A DNA stretch of 64,000 nt from NCBI GenBank assembly GCA_965215015.1, contig OZ244042.1, forward strand, positions 2,976,001 to 3,040,000, given 5' to 3'. The stretch is from Candidatus Poribacteria bacterium (lineage in GTDB: Bacteria > Poribacteria > WGA-4E > PCPOR2b). Made by a program: the position numbers and the translations under genes. Of the stretch, positions 55,144 through 64,000 are shown piece after piece. Position 1 is the stretch's first letter. The number at the start of each line of letters is the position of its first letter. The notes beneath the pieces were generated by a model, which saw only the letters and a list, made by a program, of their open reading frames with translations, was not told the DNA's origin and did not search any database.

Positions 55144-56145
55144 ATGAGCGATGTACTGTCGGTGGGCGTTATCGGCGCAGGAGGGATTGCTCGATCGCAT
55201 ATGAACGCAATCGAAGCAAATGATAACATCCGGCTGGTCGCAGTTATGGATGTAGATACCGACCGAGCGGGTGCAGCAGCGGAGGAGTTTAGTGCTAGTG
55301 CTTATACAGCGCTTGAACCGCTTTTAGACGATGCGCGGGTGGAGGCGGTGCATGTCTGTACACCTCACTCCTTACACGCCGATCAGGTGGTTACGGCAGC
55401 GGCGGCGGGGAAACATGTGTTGGTGGAAAAGCCGATGGCATTGACGCTGGCAGATTGCGATCGGATGACCGATGCCTGCGATCGAGCCGGAAAGATTCTG
55501 ATGGTGGGTCAAGTGATGCGGTACTACCCGGTAAACCGTATGATACGGAATATGTTGGTTGACGGAGAAATTGGGCAGGTGGGACACCTGATACGGCGGC
55601 GGTACAGCTATTTCAACCCAACACCAGCGGGGAGCGACTCTCGACATTGGTATCTCGATCTGGAGATGGGGGGAATTTGCGTCCTCTACTGCTTTGGGCC
55701 CCATGAATACGACATTCTACACTGGTATCTTAATTCGCCTGTAAGGCAGGTCTACGCCCAAGGGTCAGAGAGTACCGATCTGTACCGGGGACAAAAAGAC
55801 TCCTATACCGCCATGATGACGCATGAAAATGGCGCAGTGAGCGTACTATCGCAAACGGTTGTCTGTCACACCAGTGCCCACGATCAGTACATCGTCGGCA
55901 GCACAGGTTCAATGATGCTAACAGGCGATAAGTTGACCGTCAACGGAAAGGAAGTGTCGGTAGAAGGATCGAGCCGAGAAGGCATGTCCAACCAGATACG
56001 AGAGTTTGCGACCTGCTGCCTCGAAGGCCGTAAACCCGATGCGAGTGGTCACTCCGTGCGTCACTCGATGGCGGTGATTGAAGCGGCTAAACTGAGTGCC
56101 GAACGGAATGTACCGGTTCAAATGTCCGAATTTGATAGAACTTGA
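55144..56145 (+). CDS. Gfo/Idh/MocA oxidoreductase
   Basis: GVIGAGGIA, CTPHSLH, GKHVLVEKPMA. Confidence 0.92.
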   Translation: MSDVLSVGVIGAGGIARSHMNAIEANDNIRLVAVMDVDTDRAGAAAEEFSASAYTALEPLLDDARVEAVHVCTPHSLHADQVVTAAAAGKHVLVEKPMALTLADCDRMTDACDRAGKILMVGQVMRYYPVNRMIRNMLVDGEIGQVGHLIRRRYSYFNPTPAGSDSRHWYLDLEMGGICVLYCFGPHEYDILHWYLNSPVRQVYAQGSESTDLYRGQKDSYTAMMTHENGAVSVLSQTVVCHTSAHDQYIVGSTGSMMLTGDKLTVNGKEVSVEGSSREGMSNQIREFATCCLEGRKPDASGHSVRHSMAVIEAAKLSAERNVPVQMSEFDRT

Positions 56146-56203
56146 TAAGCGAGTATAATCCGCCCCCTCAAACGATTTTGAATTAGATGAAAGGAAATCC
56201 TGT

Positions 56204-57802
56204 ATGAAACTACCTCAACGAAAGTACGGCACTGTAGTTGGGCCTCACCCTAGGACCGCCAATGCTGGTATGAATATCCTTCAATTGGGCGGCAACGCGG
56301 TGGATGCTGCTGTCGCGGCTGCTTTCACCGAAGGAGTCGTTGAACCGAGCCACAACGGCGTAGCGGGTTATGGCGGATGTATGGTCATCTACTTGGCGGA
56401 TCAGCAAAAAGTTGTCGCCATTGACTACAATACAGTGGCTCCTGCCGCTGCGTCGGATCAGATGTTCACCATCGAAAAAACCGATACCCCAGCAGGCTAC
56501 CGGGTGCCAGGGAGAGTTAATCTCCACGGCCCCTTGGCAGTCGGCGTCCCCGGCGTGGTAGCAGGATTATGTTTGGCACTCCAGCAATTTGGATCCATGC
56601 CCCTCACCGAAGCGGTTAAACCGGCTATCCGATCCGCCCGTTACGGATTTATCCCCAACACCGCTAATCGAAACGGCATAGCTGGTAACGCGGAACGCTG
56701 GCGTCAGGAGTTCCCAGAGACCGCGCGTGTTTTTCTGAAAAACGGTCGTCCGCCGAAGCCGGGTGAACGGCTTACAAACCCCGATCTCGCTCGAACACTA
56801 GAAACCGTCGCCGAAGGTGGATCCCTCGCCTTCTACCAAGGTAGTATCGCACAAAACATCGCCGATTACATCCAAGAAAGTGGTGGATGCTTGACCGTTG
56901 AAGATTTTCAGCGTTATACACCGCGGGTGCTTGAGCCGTACGAAATCAGTTATCGGGGATATCGGGTCTATACAGCCCCGCTCGCTGCCGGGGGATTGAC
57001 CACCTTGCAGATACTTCGATTAATTGAACCGTATGACGTTGGAAGTACCTCTCTCGTTGAGCGAACACACCTCCTCGCCGAAGCGATGAAAATCGGTTGG
57101 TGCGAGCGGCTCAGTCTATTTGGCGATCCCGATTTTGTGGAGATTGATGTCTCAGAGGAGCTTTCGGATTCATTCGTCACTAAATTCATGCCGCAGCTGA
57201 AAGAGGGACTGAAATCACCAAAGCCGGGGAAAATTGTGTATTATGAGCCGCTCAATTGCACCAGCCACATCTCCACAGCGGATAGCCGTGGAAATATGGT
57301 GAGCCTCACACAAACGCATGGCGGCGGATTTGGCTCAATGGTTACTGTACCGGGGACAGGACTGCTGTTCGGTCACGGGGTCGGTCGTTTCGATCCGCGA
57401 CCGGGGTTTGCTAACTCCATCGCGCCCGGCAAACGCCCGTTGCATAACATGGCACCGATGCTCGCGTTGCGGAACGACGCTCCCTTCGCTACTTACGGTA
57501 TTCCCGGTGGGCGCACTATTCCGAACAATCAGCTCAGTATCTCGGTGAACCTCATTGATCTGCAAATGACCGCTCAAGAAGCCTTAGATGCACCTCGCGT
57601 ACACAATGAAGGTGCAGAGCCGATTGGCGTCGAAGAGCGCGCCGGTGCGGATGTGCTCGAAGAGTTGCGAGAACGGGGGCATCAGGTTGACACACAGTCA
57701 GGCATTGGCGGGCCCGGCCATGCGATTGTGCTTTCGGATGATCCGACTGTCCAATCCGGGGGCACTGACCCGCGCGGTGAAGGCCGAGTAATATCGCTGT
57801 AA
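56204..57802 (+). CDS. ggt: Gamma-glutamyltransferase family protein
   Basis: GGNAVDAAVA, VGVPG, TSHISTAD (Thr nucleophile), IAPGKRP, PGG, DPRGEG. Confidence 0.9.
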   Translation: MKLPQRKYGTVVGPHPRTANAGMNILQLGGNAVDAAVAAAFTEGVVEPSHNGVAGYGGCMVIYLADQQKVVAIDYNTVAPAAASDQMFTIEKTDTPAGYRVPGRVNLHGPLAVGVPGVVAGLCLALQQFGSMPLTEAVKPAIRSARYGFIPNTANRNGIAGNAERWRQEFPETARVFLKNGRPPKPGERLTNPDLARTLETVAEGGSLAFYQGSIAQNIADYIQESGGCLTVEDFQRYTPRVLEPYEISYRGYRVYTAPLAAGGLTTLQILRLIEPYDVGSTSLVERTHLLAEAMKIGWCERLSLFGDPDFVEIDVSEELSDSFVTKFMPQLKEGLKSPKPGKIVYYEPLNCTSHISTADSRGNMVSLTQTHGGGFGSMVTVPGTGLLFGHGVGRFDPRPGFANSIAPGKRPLHNMAPMLALRNDAPFATYGIPGGRTIPNNQLSISVNLIDLQMTAQEALDAPRVHNEGAEPIGVEERAGADVLEELRERGHQVDTQSGIGGPGHAIVLSDDPTVQSGGTDPRGEGRVISL

Positions 57803-58020
57803 TACAAAGTAAGAAAGTAGTAGGCACACTCCGCGTGCCGTAAACCACACAACCGTTATGGCATATTGCTTCGCTAACGCTCAACTTCCATTAAACTGCC
57901 AACCCCGTCGGTCGGGCATCTTGCCTCATCTGCCATCTGAGACCAATACCTGTATCCGTGCAATCTGCGTCAGTCATTTGTTGAATCCGCGATTTAGACA
58001 ATAATAAAGCACGAAGAGAA

Positions 58021-58074
58021 ACCAAGTTTTGAAGAAAAAACTCGGAGGCTGTTGCACGATTTCTTAACATGAGC
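58021..58074. repeat. Dispersed repeat family C, right end
   Basis: aagttttgaagaaaaaactcggaggctgttgcacgatttcttaacatgagc. Confidence 0.6.
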
Positions 58075-58093
58075 CACACTCTTAGAGACAAAC

Positions 58094-59335
58094 ATGATGA
58101 ATACATACCGGACCAATCTTTTTATTAACACACAGGTTCACCCTCCAGCAGACTACGGGCCAGCACAAAAAGCATTACTGAACCAGGACGCCTTTGCCGA
58201 TGTGGAAGCAGAGGTTACAAACCTGCCCGGTTATAGACCGACGCCGCTGATGGCGTTGAATGGTCTTGCTTCGGCGAGCGGTGTCGAGGCCCTGTGGTGC
58301 AAGCACGAGGGATATCGATTCGAGGTGGGGAGTTTCAAACCAACGGGGCCCGTCTACGCAATGCTATCCGTGTTGAAAGGTGAAATCAAAAAAGCCATAG
58401 GTGTGGAAACAGTTACGACGCAAGACTTGATAGATCGGAAGTATGAATCGGTGACGCCAGGGATTGTCGTCTCGGCGGCAACGTCGGGTAATCACGGGCG
58501 AGCGTTGGCTTGGGGTGCCCGTATGTTCGGTTGTGGGTGTGCCATTTACATGAACGATGGCGTCAGTGCCGGCAGGGAGGCAGCGATTGCTGCCTACGGC
58601 GCAGAGGTGGTACGGGTGCCGGGAAACTATGACCGAGCGGTCCAACGCTCCTATGCGGATGCTAAGACATTAGGCTATTTTGTCATCTCGGATGACAAGT
58701 CCGCCGACTATCCCCACGTTGCCAGCGAGATTATGCAGGGCTACGCAATGGTTGCGGACGAAATCGTGCAACAGTTCATCAACGCTCCCCCCCCCACCCA
58801 TGTCTTTATCCCCGGCGGTGGCGGTCGATTTGCTGGTGCGACCTGCGGGCATTTGTGGGAGCGATATGCGAGCAACCATCCGCGGGTAGTTGTTGTTGAA
58901 CCCACCACGTCTGACTGCCTATATCAAAGCATGGTCAAAAACAGGGCTACAACCGTCAGCGGGGATGGGCGGTCAGTTATGGACGGACTGGTTGTCGAAT
59001 CGGCTTCGCCCCAAGCGTGGAGTATTCTCAGGGATGGTGCTTTCGCTTTTCTTACTATCCCTGACGAAGCGGCTGTTGACGCCATACGGCAAGCAGCGGC
59101 AGGTGTCGGTGGAGATTCCCCGGTCGTCATTGGTGAGACAGGGATTGCAGCTTGGGCAGGATTTCTGGCAGCAAGCCGCGATGAAAATCTGCGTCAGCAG
59201 CTTGAGCTTGATTGTAACAGCCGGATCGTCCTCATTGCGACAGAGGGTGCGACCGATCCGGAGGTGTATCACAACCTTGTCGGTGCAAGTCCGGAAGCGG
59301 TTTTGACGGGACCCAAACCTCAATCAACAGAATAG
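58094..59335 (+). CDS. Diaminopropionate ammonia-lyase-like PLP enzyme
   Basis: PGYRPTPL, GSFK, ATSGNHGRALAW, IMQGY, ATEGATDP. Confidence 0.85.
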   Translation: MMNTYRTNLFINTQVHPPADYGPAQKALLNQDAFADVEAEVTNLPGYRPTPLMALNGLASASGVEALWCKHEGYRFEVGSFKPTGPVYAMLSVLKGEIKKAIGVETVTTQDLIDRKYESVTPGIVVSAATSGNHGRALAWGARMFGCGCAIYMNDGVSAGREAAIAAYGAEVVRVPGNYDRAVQRSYADAKTLGYFVISDDKSADYPHVASEIMQGYAMVADEIVQQFINAPPPTHVFIPGGGGRFAGATCGHLWERYASNHPRVVVVEPTTSDCLYQSMVKNRATTVSGDGRSVMDGLVVESASPQAWSILRDGAFAFLTIPDEAAVDAIRQAAAGVGGDSPVVIGETGIAAWAGFLAASRDENLRQQLELDCNSRIVLIATEGATDPEVYHNLVGASPEAVLTGPKPQSTE

Positions 59336-59346
59336 GGAGATTACGA

Positions 59347-60735
59347 ATGGCAGATTGTGTTCTCCAAACCTTGATACCAGACATCGAACGCTTGGCAGAA
59401 ACAAAGGTTGCAAAATATAGGCTTCCCGGCATGGCACTCGGCATTATCCGTGATCAAGAACTCGTTTGGTTCGGCGGGTTCGGTGCAGCGGATCTCGATT
59501 CGGGTCAAACACCTACCGAAAACACGATTGCCCGTATCGCTTCAGTGACGAAGACCTTCACGACAACTGCGGTTATGCAGTTGCGGGATCAGGGGAGGCT
59601 CACACTGGAAGATCCACTGACGCAGCACATTCCCGAATTCGCTTTGGCTCGCGCTATCCGCGGCGATGTTGAAGGCGTGACGCTCCGACGATTGCTGACG
59701 CACCGCTCCGGATTAGTCACCGAGTCCCCGACGCCCGGTTGGAACGCTCTCGACTTCCCAAGCAGTGAGGAGATGCTTGACAAACTGCCGGAGACAGGGA
59801 TTGTTATCCCACAAGACTCCGCCTTCAAATACTCAAACCTCGCATTTGGGTTACTTGGCGAGGTGGTATATCGACTCACCGGTACGTCATATACCGAGTA
59901 CGTTCACACCAATATTATCGATCCACTTGGTCTAACGTCCACGGTCTTTGACCTCACGGACAAATTGCGTCCTCACTTCTTCGTCGGCTATAATCCGACA
60001 CCTTACCAAGACCGTCCTGAACGTGCTCTCTACGCCCACCTGAAAGGAATTTCATCGGCGGGGCAACTGCATTCCACCGTCAGCGACTTGGCAAAGTGGG
60101 TGTCGTTCCAATTCCAAACCGATGGCGGCGATCGCCGGGGAGCACAGGTGCTCAAGGGGCAAACACTCGTAGAAATTCAACATCCGCAATACGTCGAGCC
60201 GGATTGGTCGGCGGGGCAGTGCCTAGGCTGGCGGGCAACCCGCATCGGTAACCATGTCTATCACAATCACGGCGGTGGGATTCACGGCTTTGGAACACAG
60301 GTATGGTTTCATGTTCCGAGTAAAACGGGTGCGGTTGTTCTCATCAATATGTGGCCCCCGCACGGTGGTCTTGAGATAGCGCAAGAGGTGCTTGAGATGG
60401 TACTGAATGCCGACGAAGCGGTGCAGCCTGTACCAGAACAACCAACGCTTGAACCAACACCAGAGGCATTACAGTGCTTCATCGGTCATTACCGCGCTGA
60501 GCCGGGCATTGACGTGAACATTGAGATGCGTGACGGTAGCCTACGACTTGTGGCCCACGGTGGAGTTGCGTATTCCCTACACGCCCCGGCAACTCTCGAA
60601 CCGACCGCCAAGGAGAATGAATGGCTCGTCCTCGGTGGACGTGCAGCTGGAGAAATCGCCCTCTTTAAGTTTGACGACGATGATCGCGTGGTCAGCTACG
60701 AGTTGGGAGCTTTTGTGTTCAAAAAGCTGGTATGA
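59347..60735 (+). CDS. Serine hydrolase, beta-lactamase class C-like
   Basis: IASVTK (SxxK), LLTHRSG, YSN, HGGG. Confidence 0.88.
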   Translation: MADCVLQTLIPDIERLAETKVAKYRLPGMALGIIRDQELVWFGGFGAADLDSGQTPTENTIARIASVTKTFTTTAVMQLRDQGRLTLEDPLTQHIPEFALARAIRGDVEGVTLRRLLTHRSGLVTESPTPGWNALDFPSSEEMLDKLPETGIVIPQDSAFKYSNLAFGLLGEVVYRLTGTSYTEYVHTNIIDPLGLTSTVFDLTDKLRPHFFVGYNPTPYQDRPERALYAHLKGISSAGQLHSTVSDLAKWVSFQFQTDGGDRRGAQVLKGQTLVEIQHPQYVEPDWSAGQCLGWRATRIGNHVYHNHGGGIHGFGTQVWFHVPSKTGAVVLINMWPPHGGLEIAQEVLEMVLNADEAVQPVPEQPTLEPTPEALQCFIGHYRAEPGIDVNIEMRDGSLRLVAHGGVAYSLHAPATLEPTAKENEWLVLGGRAAGEIALFKFDDDDRVVSYELGAFVFKKLV

Positions 60736-60808
60736 GGGCACTGTTGAACGTACAGCTTATCGTTCGCGTCATATAGAATATAACTTTCTGAATTATCCGT
60801 GGATTGCG

Positions 60809-61309
60809 TTACCGTATCCTTGAAATTTTGGGGACCCTGGCATTTGGGCTATAGGCAAACGGGTACCATTCATAGTAGGCAGCATAAGAGTAGTACGGAT
60901 TTTTATTTTTATGCCATGCTGTATCGGTGCGAACCCCCTCAAAATACTCTATATCTAATTGTCCTTCCTTGATAATCCCTGAGACTTCAATTGGACGATT
61001 TTCCCTCCGGGCGGCTGCCGCCATTTGGAGCATCGATCGGATGCGAGGCTGGTTCTCGAAATTGACCTTCTCTGTGCAGTTAATCCCGTTGACAACGATC
61101 CTCCATTCTCCTTCGTTGTCGAGCATTGGTGGCAAGAAATCACCGTGGTGAGGAGCTTCGGGAACACCAAGTATTGATATACGCTGTCCTTCGTAACGAT
61201 TTAGCTGTACCCTCAAGTTGTCGATAGCAATGGATTGATACGTCTTTCCACATCCTAGCCAAGTAACACAACCCCAGCATAAAATCAGAATAATCTTTAC
61301 CAGTTTCAC
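60809..61309 (-). CDS. Hypothetical lipoprotein
   Basis: GAGGAG RBS and signal peptide with lipobox WLGC. Confidence 0.65.
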   Translation of the reverse strand: MKLVKIILILCWGCVTWLGCGKTYQSIAIDNLRVQLNRYEGQRISILGVPEAPHHGDFLPPMLDNEGEWRIVVNGINCTEKVNFENQPRIRSMLQMAAAARRENRPIEVSGIIKEGQLDIEYFEGVRTDTAWHKNKNPYYSYAAYYEWYPFAYSPNARVPKISRIR

Positions 61310-61390
61310 CCTTTAATTCCTCCTCGAATTGACAAATAGATTCTTGAGTAAAATAGCATACATTGTACCGCCGGTCAAGCCATAAATCAT

Positions 61391-62734
61391 GTCTCACTTA
61401 CCCCCATTTTTTTTAGAGTTGTAATGTTGGTTGTTTTTGCGAGGTCTAGATGTGAGAAAGGGTTATCAAATATGGTAAAATACCTCCCTGTATAAAATAA
61501 CCATTGTTTTAAACAAGGAGGTATTATGAAAGGCACCCACCGCCATAAGCGGGTGAATCCCAGTTCTATGATAACCACTCTGACCGAGATTTTCAACCCC
61601 GTATTGAAAAAACCGGCGTTAAAAAACCTGATACTCACGATCCTAGCCATTGTGTTGGCCCAGAAGTTTCGGATAAACGAAATTGCTTTACGCTTGCCAG
61701 TAGCCGTCAAACATCAAAAGACGAAACAGAAACGCCTGCTTCGATTCTTAGCTCGTCGCTTTCCTATTGACGCGGTGATGGGGTGCTGGTTGGGCTTTGT
61801 GCTCCGCCGGGTCTGTGAACGTCACGCCGGACGCCGGTTGATTTTAGTGGATGAAACCCAGGTGTTTGGCCATTTCAAAGCGATTGTTGCCGCGGTGCCG
61901 TTCCGCCGCCGGGCGGTTCCTATCTACTGGCACCTCTACACCGATGCTGAGATTCAACAGTTGACCTATACCAGCCATAATGAGATTATCCAACGCTTTT
62001 GTCTCACACTGTATCAAAAGACAGAAGCGATTTTACCGCCCCCGTGTGAAGCCACGTTGATATTCGATAGAGGCTTCGCGCGTGCTAAATATGTGATAAA
62101 GTTTCTCAAGACACAACGGATTCCGTTTATCATCCGCGTGTGTCGTAACGCGCGCATGACCGTCTGGGGCACTGTTAAAAAGGCAGAACAGTTGCAGGAA
62201 ACGGGGTTCTATCCACAGATTCTCTATCACTTAACCGAGCAGATTCGCCTCAACCTGTATGTCGTCAGACAGGCGCGGTTGGCTGAACCGATGTATCTGA
62301 TTTCAAGTCATCTGACGGGGCGTCAAATATACCACTATTATAAGCGAAGAATGCAGATTGAACACGGCTTTCGGGACATCAAGACCGGTTTTGGCTTTGG
62401 CAGCTTGAGACTCAAAAAACCGTCAAAAGCCCGCATCAACCTGTTATGGCTCTTAGCTTGTATCAGTTATGGCTTACTGTTTATCACCTATCAAAAGTCA
62501 GGCGATCGATGGGCAAAAACATTCAACACACGGACTAAAATATACTCACTCATTACCGTGATAAAGCGAGTGGTGGCTGAGGCGTGGAGCGGGTGGTGTC
62601 TCAATCCATGGTTCACACTCCCACTGTGCAGGGGAGATACATGCAAACACCCTTAATGACAGGTATTCTCACTATCCTAAATCATAAAAATATCTCAAAT
62701 CTATAACCAAAAAAAAATGGGGGTAAATGAACAC
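61391..62734 (+). mobile_element. IS4-like insertion sequence
   Basis: Imperfect TIRs tcacttacccccatttttttt / aaaaaaaaatgggggtaaatga; flanking atcat direct repeat. Confidence 0.85.
61526..62656 (+). CDS. DDE transposase, IS4-like
   Basis: LVDET, IFDRGF and YKRRMQIEHGFRDIK (YREK motif). Confidence 0.92.
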   Translation: MKGTHRHKRVNPSSMITTLTEIFNPVLKKPALKNLILTILAIVLAQKFRINEIALRLPVAVKHQKTKQKRLLRFLARRFPIDAVMGCWLGFVLRRVCERHAGRRLILVDETQVFGHFKAIVAAVPFRRRAVPIYWHLYTDAEIQQLTYTSHNEIIQRFCLTLYQKTEAILPPPCEATLIFDRGFARAKYVIKFLKTQRIPFIIRVCRNARMTVWGTVKKAEQLQETGFYPQILYHLTEQIRLNLYVVRQARLAEPMYLISSHLTGRQIYHYYKRRMQIEHGFRDIKTGFGFGSLRLKKPSKARINLLWLLACISYGLLFITYQKSGDRWAKTFNTRTKIYSLITVIKRVVAEAWSGWCLNPWFTLPLCRGDTCKHP

Positions 62735-62839
62735 ATCATTATTATCTTGACAATTATGATTATATCTCAATTTCATGAATTTTACAAAAAAATCTGCTGG
62801 TTTCAGAGTATTTTAACCCATTACCCCGTAACATGAAGT

Positions 62840-62868
62840 TTGACAGGGATCTGGACATAAAGTATAAT
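62840..62868 (+). promoter_or_regulatory. Consensus sigma70 promoter of the response regulator
   Basis: Exact TTGACA-17 nt-TATAAT. Confidence 0.8.
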
Positions 62869-63057
62869 AACCACAACCAAAACGTGGAGAAAATTGCCCT
62901 TGCGTTTTAGGCTTCATATCCAACAATGTAGCGTTTATTCTTTTAACGGTTGAGGCTTCCTTGAGCTTAGTGATAGAATTATTTCCAACAACACATATTT
63001 ACGCCATCAATCCAGAAAATCATAGACCTGTAGGTGATTCTAAGGCGGGCAATTGCA

Positions 63058-63756
63058 ATGAAAACTTATAAAATCCTAGTTGTCGATGATGAAGTAGATA
63101 TCGTTGATTTCATCAGTGATTATCTGACGGGAGAGGGATATGAAGTTGTCAAAGCCTACGATGGGGTTGAGGCACTGGATAAAATGCGACAAGATTACCC
63201 GGATCTCGTTGTCCTCGACATTATGTTACCGGGATTGGATGGCTTTGAAGTCTGTAGGCAAATGCGGGCAGAGTCTGCTGTTCCAATTTTAATGGTAACG
63301 GCGAAAGGTAGCGATGTGGATAAGATCGTCGGACTGGAGATTGGCGCGGATGATTATATCCCGAAACCGTTCAATCCACGTGAATTGATGGCGCGGGTTA
63401 AAGCAATTTTACGAAGAACCTATCGCCAAGATTATCAACCTCATAGCCAGATGACAGCATTAAAATATAAAGACTTGTCCATTGATACCGAACGCCGGAG
63501 GGTAACCATCGGGAATAAGCTGTTGGAACTCACCATGAAGGAATTCGATCTTCTGCTATTTCTGATGCGAAACCCAGGACATGTCTATTCACGTGATCAC
63601 CTACTCGACTATGTGTGGGGTCGGGACAGCTTCGTGGGAGCGCGCACTGTTGATGTGCATATCCGGCGATTGCGAGAACAAATTGAGACAGATGGAAGCC
63701 ACCCGCAGTATATTAAAACCGTCTGGGGAGTTGGCTACAAATTTACCGATGAGTAG
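63058..63756 (+). CDS. OmpR/PhoB-family response regulator
   Basis: ILVVDDE, LDIMLPG, GADDYIPKPF, RTVDVHIRRLR, TVWGVGY. Confidence 0.95.
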   Translation: MKTYKILVVDDEVDIVDFISDYLTGEGYEVVKAYDGVEALDKMRQDYPDLVVLDIMLPGLDGFEVCRQMRAESAVPILMVTAKGSDVDKIVGLEIGADDYIPKPFNPRELMARVKAILRRTYRQDYQPHSQMTALKYKDLSIDTERRRVTIGNKLLELTMKEFDLLLFLMRNPGHVYSRDHLLDYVWGRDSFVGARTVDVHIRRLREQIETDGSHPQYIKTVWGVGYKFTDE

Positions 63757-63859
63757 TTTTTTAATTGGACGGAAGAGTGGAAGCGTAAACCGATTGTGGA
63801 TTGCTGTGATTTGCCACTGCTCTAATCTCCCAATCTCACATTCTGCTCGCTCTCCCGCC

Positions 63860-64000
63860 TCAACCTTCCGTTCTTGCCCTCATCCTCTTCGCCAGCCTAC
63901 TTTTCTGTTTAAGCTGACCCTTTTTCTTATACTGATCGGAATAGAGATGCCAGGGGTCTCCGTGCATACGTATGCGGCATTTGAAGATGGGTTTATCGGT
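63860..64000 (-). CDS. Possible 3' end of a gene entering from the right edge
   Basis: Open frame TDKPIFKCRIRMHGDPWHLYSDQYKKKG...TEG-stop; family not recognised. Confidence 0.3.
   Translation of the reverse strand, partial: TDKPIFKCRIRMHGDPWHLYSDQYKKKGQLKQKSRLAKRMRARTEG

Overview
Bacterial chromosomal window. The gene content suggests Candidatus Poribacteria or a similar sponge-associated lineage (inference): secreted LamG proteins ending in AVxPxGKLxTTWxxxK, an LRR protein with a NYPNPFNPETWIPY tail, DUF1549/1553/1501 genes, and several Gfo/Idh/MocA, PhyH and sulfatase-like enzymes. Housekeeping genes are glcB, hisG, ligA, an addA-like helicase, cysH, cysK, a clpX-like ATPase, gnd, thiC and ggt. 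The most striking structure is at 44.9-54.1 kb: a ~8.9 kb array of mosaic, membrane-anchored TPR-protein paralogs plus a zinc-peptidase remnant. It is bracketed by a 99-bp direct repeat that is the 5' part of the thiC TPP riboswitch, and a third, complete riboswitch leader inside the array is fused at the ATG to a TPR-family ORF. Other notable items: an ORF-less IS200/IS605-like element with its own promoter and structured interior (candidate ncRNA), a sulfur carrier with a blocked C-terminus overlapping a JAB protease, a sulfatase-fold protein with Thr at the formylglycine position, a MarR-ferritin-like fusion, a decaying locus at 35.5-39 kb, an IS4-like element and several MITE families. All calls come from reading the sequence; no searches were run.
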